Source: Folioceros fuciformis
Taxonomy: Eukaryota
Direction: 5' to 3'
DNA length: 64,000 nucleotides
NCBI GenBank assembly: GCA_049999805.1
Contig: JBNGIO010006317.1
Span: 127,315 to 191,314, forward strand
Notes under the pieces: model-generated
Databases searched by the model: none
The model's input: only the letters and a program-made list of their open reading frames with translations
What the model was told of the DNA's origin: nothing
Shown: one piece after another, positions 58,502-64,000 of the stretch
Layout of the letters: each line of letters opens with the position of its first letter
How positions within the stretch are numbered: the stretch's first letter is position 1
Position numbers and translations under genes: made by a program

Positions 58502-60199
58502 TGTCTCCTTTCGCTCACCTCCTGACTATGTACACCTCCCAAACCTCCGACCTCTCCGTTGCAGCGTCGTTCTGCATGCAAGATTGCCTTATCTTTCTCC
58601 ACAGTAGCTCAGGCAACTACGTACATTTCTTTCCCCCAATGCGCCATGGCTAATCTACATCCTGGAATTCTACATCACAAAACAATTTGCATCATGCGCA
58701 CATTGGCCACTGAAGATTGGCAAAGAAATCCAAGATGGCTCTCCCGCCAAACTTTGAGCTCTTCAAGTAATGATTTGTTTGTTGGTTGGCACGTGGTCAG
58801 ACTTCCATCCGGCCGGAGGTGCGTATGTTGTAGGAAATTATTTTTCCTAACGTGTATTTACGCCTACTTGGTACCCATTAGCTTCTGGTGATAAAGTAAT
58901 GTAAACAAAAAGCTTTTTACAAGCCTCTATATTTACCAAACTAAAAGTTAAAATTATCTATTTTTAAATGGATCACAAGGGCCAAAAAGAGGGCCCTAAA
59001 ATTGTAGTGGTGAGGAGTACTTTGGAGCTACCGATGACAATTGTGGGAGAAATTTTTGGATACTTAGTGTTAAATGACTCTTTCTAAGGCAATATTATTC
59101 GAGCAAGATCTTGAGCAACATGCATATATTCATATGGGCAGACGAAGACGGGCTCACCTTAGGATGAGTCTTCGTGATCATAGCTTTCAAGCACCACATC
59201 TTGGATACCCACAAAATGGAGGAAGAGACCCAAAAACAAAGTTCAAGCCATGGTCTAGCTAAGCTTTCTCTACATTTAGTCATCATAAGACATTCTTTTG
59301 CACATTTTTGGCTTCATACACATGCATTGAGTCCTCTTAAATCTAATGCACTCATCCTTGAAAACGCATTGTAAACATTGAGTTCTCTTAAATCTAATGC
59401 ATTCATTCATTCTTGCAAACGCATTGTAAGCACAGTTTCGGCAAAGCTCTCTCAGCATGCGGGCCTTTATACAAATCTAAAACATCTTCTCACATTAAGG
59501 ATTGTTTTTGCAAAGGGAGCAATGTTTCACACGGATAAATAAACTTAGGAAAGGTGGAAGGAAATGTTTCTTTTTAGGTGGGTGGCAATTGCATTGTTCT
59601 TTGGGACGAACTTTATAATAATAAGAGGATGCTTTTTTCTTGACCTCCCTAATACCCAACAACTTGGTGATAGTTCTCTTCAAGTGAGTGGAAGTTGCAT
59701 TGTTATTTGTGACTAACTCTACATTAATAAAAGAATGCTTTTTTCATAACTTCCCTAATACCCAACAACTTGGTGTGAAATGACCTATAGAATAAGCCAA
59801 ACTTTGATAAAAGGATGAGGTACAAGTGTTAATTGGCCTAATGAAGAATCATTGTTGTCTCATTGCTCTCTAAGGCCAAAACAAGAGGATGAGTATTTAC
59901 AATTGATGGTCGAACTAAATCCTAATGAATGAATGGCCGTCATGGAACTAAAAGAATTGATGTATATCATTGAAAAAGAGACACAAAATTTCATCTACCC
60001 CAAAGATGACTAGGAACAACCCACAGAGGGCCAAAGGCTAAAAGAGAGACTAGGCCTCTCCAAGATGCTCCCAAAATGATATGATGTGAAATAACAAAAG
60101 CCTACTCTATAACTACAACATGCTCCCAAAATGTCATGATGCGAAATAACAAAAGCCTTCTTTATAACCACAACATGTGCCCAAAGAATCGCTTGCACT

Positions 60200-60640
60200 T
60201 GGTGCTATTCTAAAGAATGCATCGATCAACACTCTTTGCAAATCGATGGATACATGATGTCGAAAGAAGGCCACCACCAAGGAAAGAGGAAGAAACCCTT
60301 TCCTTTTACTTTGATATACCTTAAAGTTTGACACTCCTTGATGAGCCTTAACAAGTCTATGCCCATGGCACCATGGGTCTCGAAAGTAAGGGGGATGATG
60401 AGGGGGATGAAAATATGCTCTACGAGTGAATACTTATTGACTTTGGCACTCACACGACTCTTAGCTACACATCCTAGGGGTTGATGATAAAATGCTCACG
60501 AATGGAATCCCTAGTGGAATCCATGACAACCACATTAATGACACAAATATGTTCCCCTTGTGAGAAAAAGGTTGGCGCTAAACAAAACTCCATTGAAAAA
60601 GGTTGGCGCTAAACAAAACTCCATTGTACGAAGTGCATGA
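60200..60640 (-). mobile_element. Relic of an RLE-type non-LTR retrotransposon C-terminus
   Basis: Minus-strand CVINVVVMDST ... AKVNKYS...FIPLIIPLTFETHGAMG resembles the DVtv...K..KY...F.P...ET.G signature of restriction-like endonucleases. Lies in AT-rich DNA with short tandem duplications (e.g. 31 bp at 60564-60625). Confidence 0.5.
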
Positions 60641-61344
60641 AAGTACAAGGAAAACCACAGTCCCTATCCATTGAGAACATGACATTCTAGATTGCATTAT
60701 GGGTGGCAATGTGCTACTCTCTAGGAGGAGAACATGGTAGATAGGATCATGTGTTGACAATGGTAGCCCCACAATTGCATATAGAGACAAAAAGGTAGTT
60801 GCTAGTGCAATTTGAAACACTTTGAACACAAAGTTGAGTCAAAAGTCAAGAGCTTGCACTTTCACCTAATTAAGAGCGAATATAAGCCTGGAAAGATATA
60901 AGGATGGATGAGTATATGGTTAATGCCTAGGTGTATTGCTTTTCTAGGAGGAGATATGACGACCCCTCCACCTTTCCCTACAAACGGAGGTGAAAGGAGG
61001 CCATGCTTCTCAAGCCTCCAAAAGTAAATAGTGCTTCACTTGCTTGAGAGACACCTATAAAGGAAAACCCTTTTTCTCAACTCTGAAGATGAAGTCCCCA
61101 AAAAATGAGAGGAGGGGAATTTTGGAGTAAAAAATGAGAAGCTAAATTTGGAGTTAAGAAAACCCAACTACCGAGGAAAGCAAGTGGGCATAGGCCCCAT
61201 GGCTGAAAGGCCAATACCTTGAAGGTGCCAGCTTTTGAGACTTCATAAAAAAGCTAGATTGAATTCCTTGGGACTTGATAAGGAAGATAGAAAGGTAACA
61301 GAATTCTAGTGAGATAATTTGGACACCACACAAAGCAGGAAACC

Positions 61345-62310
61345 TAACTAAATCCTAATCCGGCCCTAATGAGCACTGTATGGAGAAATTTTATCAAAAC
61401 TTTGAACCATGGTGCATCCCAATTGATAGTGTACGTTGGTGGTTGGAGAAAGAGCGTGTGTTGGTACATAAGGAAGACCAAAAAGGTAAGAGATGCTTGC
61501 ACATATCCAGCCATACCAATGAACGAGAGTTGCCCATCTTCCAATTCTGGCACCCACCTTTGACAAGGTTGTGACAGGCCCGTAACACAACTGTCCGGAC
61601 GTCCTTCTTCCACTCATGGCTGGAAGGGGAACTGTCATCCCGGTACACATTAAGTCTCTGCTTTGGAGGTGGTAAGCTATATAAATAAACATGAAATAAG
61701 GATTCGTCATTGTGACGGACAAATTTTGGGTACTCATTTGCCCAGTGTCCATGACCTTTGCCAAGTCGACAATCTAGCACAATATTCAGAACATGATGCG
61801 CAGAGGCCAGGCATTTAGCGTTCCTGGAGAGGTTCACAGGGCACAAAAATTCCACAAAAGTGTGCGATTGGACGGCCAAATACCTGAATTACAGGATCCT
61901 TGTCAGGCTCAAGGAAGTGCACTTTCCGGCCTGCACAGTCAATGTCAAAACTCAAAATGCGAAACGTTGTCATCTTGGACCACTGTCCAGCTGGATGGCC
62001 TGTCAAGTCACTGTACCTGTGCGATGTGGAGGAGAAAGTAGTACACAAGACAAACCGTAATGTAATGACCAAAGCATTTCCAGTGAAGACAACAAATTGA
62101 TTGGATACATCTCTTTGACTTCAATCCGGCAGTACAGAATGGATGTTTCTGTGTAGTGGTGGTATCTTCGACCTGGAAGTTCAACCCAGATTTCACCGGG
62201 AACATGACAATGAATCATAAACCGTAAAGCAAAAATCACGTTGCTTACATAAGTCAAGAAACTCTTGTGCCCGAGACCATCAACTTGTATGCCCTTTTCA
62301 AAAATTCCTG
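61345..62310 (-). pseudogene. POLD1: DNA polymerase delta catalytic subunit fragment (N-terminal/exonuclease region), degenerate
   Basis: GIFEKGIQVDGLGHKSFLTYVSNVIFALRFMIHC..PGEIWVELPGRRY and GQWSKMTTFRILSFDIDCAGRKVHFLEPDKDPVIQV. Downstream segments are frameshifted and no polymerase domain follows. Confidence 0.82.
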
Positions 62311-63114
62311 CAGAATCCGCAGATATTTGAAGCTACCTTCTCTGAGGCATGCGAACCCCACAAGATGCACGCACCTGTGCGTATCTCAACGTCATGAGAG
62401 AATGTGAGGACGAGACAGCCCATGATAAGAGGGCTCAGATCTCTGAAACTGCAACCATGGTACGAAATGCAACAAATGTTTTCAGAAAAAGCCTGCTGTT
62501 CTGCTGCTGAAAGGAAAAGCGACTTCTGGCCTGTACAATGTCAATCCTTGGTGTATCATGCTTTAAGCCAGTCTCCAGGTCGGCGTCCACCATGCGACTG
62601 CTTGCCTAACTCGAGACTCGTAAACAGACAATCAACATCCAGAGTTAACAAAAATTTTGAAGCAGACGTCCACTCTAAGGCATCTGAACATGTCCCGGAA
62701 CCGACTGGAGGGACCATAGACAAGAGCTGAGACAGGCAAACACATAATATTTTCCCCCAGTGTGCAGCCTTCCGTTCAGAATTTCAGTCTGCCGCAACTC
62801 AGCAATAGCGATGTCAGCCACACAGAAACAACGTTGACAGACAGGAAAAGCTCTTACAACAAAAGAAGTGCTTTGGGACCGATCAGCATGTCAAATAGAG
62901 ATGCCTGTTAATCACATCACAGCTTGCACATGTTTGACAAGCGTAAAATCCGAGGGACATGAATACAACAAACTCAGACGATGACATCATCGATTTGAAT
63001 CACATCTTTTTCCAGAATGATCAAAGAACAAACATATACAAAAAAAAAACCGTGTAGCACGAAATGGTTTCCCTCAAACTCTAAGCTCTTGGACTAGTCA
63101 AAGAAGAAGCTTGT

Positions 63115-64000
63115 GGACTGTTTGCCGGATCTTCTGCTCTCTGGATATTGGATGTGTTTCCTGAACAACGATTTCGCCAGAATGGACTGCTTGAACTCTC
63201 CTTGAACAATGCCCTTCAAACAGCAAATCTTCGTCATAGCCCAAAATTCAACCCATACTACACGATTGAATCATGGCCCCACATATCACACGAGTGGCTC
63301 CTAAGCTGGTGCCCATGCCATCGGCACACCCGGGGCATAAGTCTAGTGCCCGCAAGTCATGGTGACGAGTCTGCGCCGATGAACCCCGCAGATGAAACAG
63401 ATGTGCACTGCTCTTGCAGTCTTGAAACAATAAGCTTGTCACCTCCTCATCTGGTGTCGGAGGTACTTAAGATTCCCGGACTCGCTAGACAAGGGAGGTC
63501 ACGGTGCCACACAAGCTACACTTCAATGATATCGGAGGCACTTGCGATCTCAGGACTCGCAAGGGGAAAAGGAGGCTACGGTGCCACACAAAATACACTC
63601 CAATGCTCGCACATGACAAAAAACATGCTCTCTGCTTCATCTGAATGGCATGCACGCACACGCGTCTAGCAAACATAGTGCTCAAGGGTAGGTTTTGATG
63701 CCATGGCGTTCAGCCCTAGCATTCAAGTCCTTGCGACCCTCTATTCAAGAGTCCGTCATGACTGCATGCTACTAAAAGGGGAACAAAAGTAACATCAGGC
63801 TGGATACTGGCGACCAGCATCTGCTCAAAAGAAGCGTCATCACAGGCACCACACTCAGCTATCAGGGCATTCCATGTCAACAAATCCTTCACAGGCAAAA
63901 TGTCGAAAACCCAGCTGAATCTTCCAATGCACCATATTATGAGTACATTTCCACCAAACAGTTTGCCTACCAGAATGTAATCCCCCTAGCCTCTTCCGAC
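63115..64000 (-). pseudogene. Decayed PLS-PPR(-E/DYW) gene fragment, running off the right edge
   Basis: VFDILPVKDLLTWNALIAECGACDDASFEQMLVASIQPDVTFVPLLVACSHDGLL is a P2-L2 remnant with deletions, similar to the 27394 PPR. Stops and frameshifts follow; weak DYW traces (EIVV). Confidence 0.7.

Noticed and set aside
59320-60190. Several 45-60 bp imperfect duplications in AT-rich DNA
   Set aside because: Ordinary slippage duplications within TE-derived sequence; no sign of function.

Overview
Gene-dense, intron-containing nuclear DNA from a land plant. Introns are about 75-200 bp with GT-AG ends. A hornwort (Anthoceros-like) is the most likely source; this is an inference from a PLS-PPR protein ending in the GRP-type DYW:KP domain, a hemerythrin-class GST and the compact layout. 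About 17 protein-coding genes are supported, in this order: two tandem multi-EF-hand calmodulin-like ORFs; an unusual helical-bundle/U-box/2xSPRY gene; an alpha/beta-hydrolase-like gene; a PDF1-like Gly-rich secreted protein; RPS28; NYN-LOTUS (MARF1-like); a conserved membrane protein; a DREB/TINY-like AP2 factor; a second, inverted RPS28; a large coiled-coil tail-anchored KASH/WIP-like protein; the PPR-E-DYW:KP editing factor; a short secreted polyphenol oxidase; an EF-hand protein; EAF7; a BLE2-like TM+ARM protein; RopGAP; GST-hemerythrin. Relics include a copia gag fragment, a 5'-truncated LINE with a 14-bp TSD, an RLE-retroelement fragment, a POLD1 pseudogene fragment and a decayed PPR. 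There is one 100-N gap. Most notable: (1) a putative U-to-C editing PPR fused to an OSB-type PDF nucleic-acid-binding motif; (2) an MLKL/UND-like bundle-U-box-SPRY-SPRY architecture directly upstream of calcium sensors; (3) a KASH-like C-terminus (TM+PFPT) in a terminal exon absent from the ORF track; (4) a PPO lacking the C-terminal shield, thioether Cys and gate Phe; (5) nine GTAC motifs in 143 bp. All family calls rest on motif recognition by eye; no searches were run.
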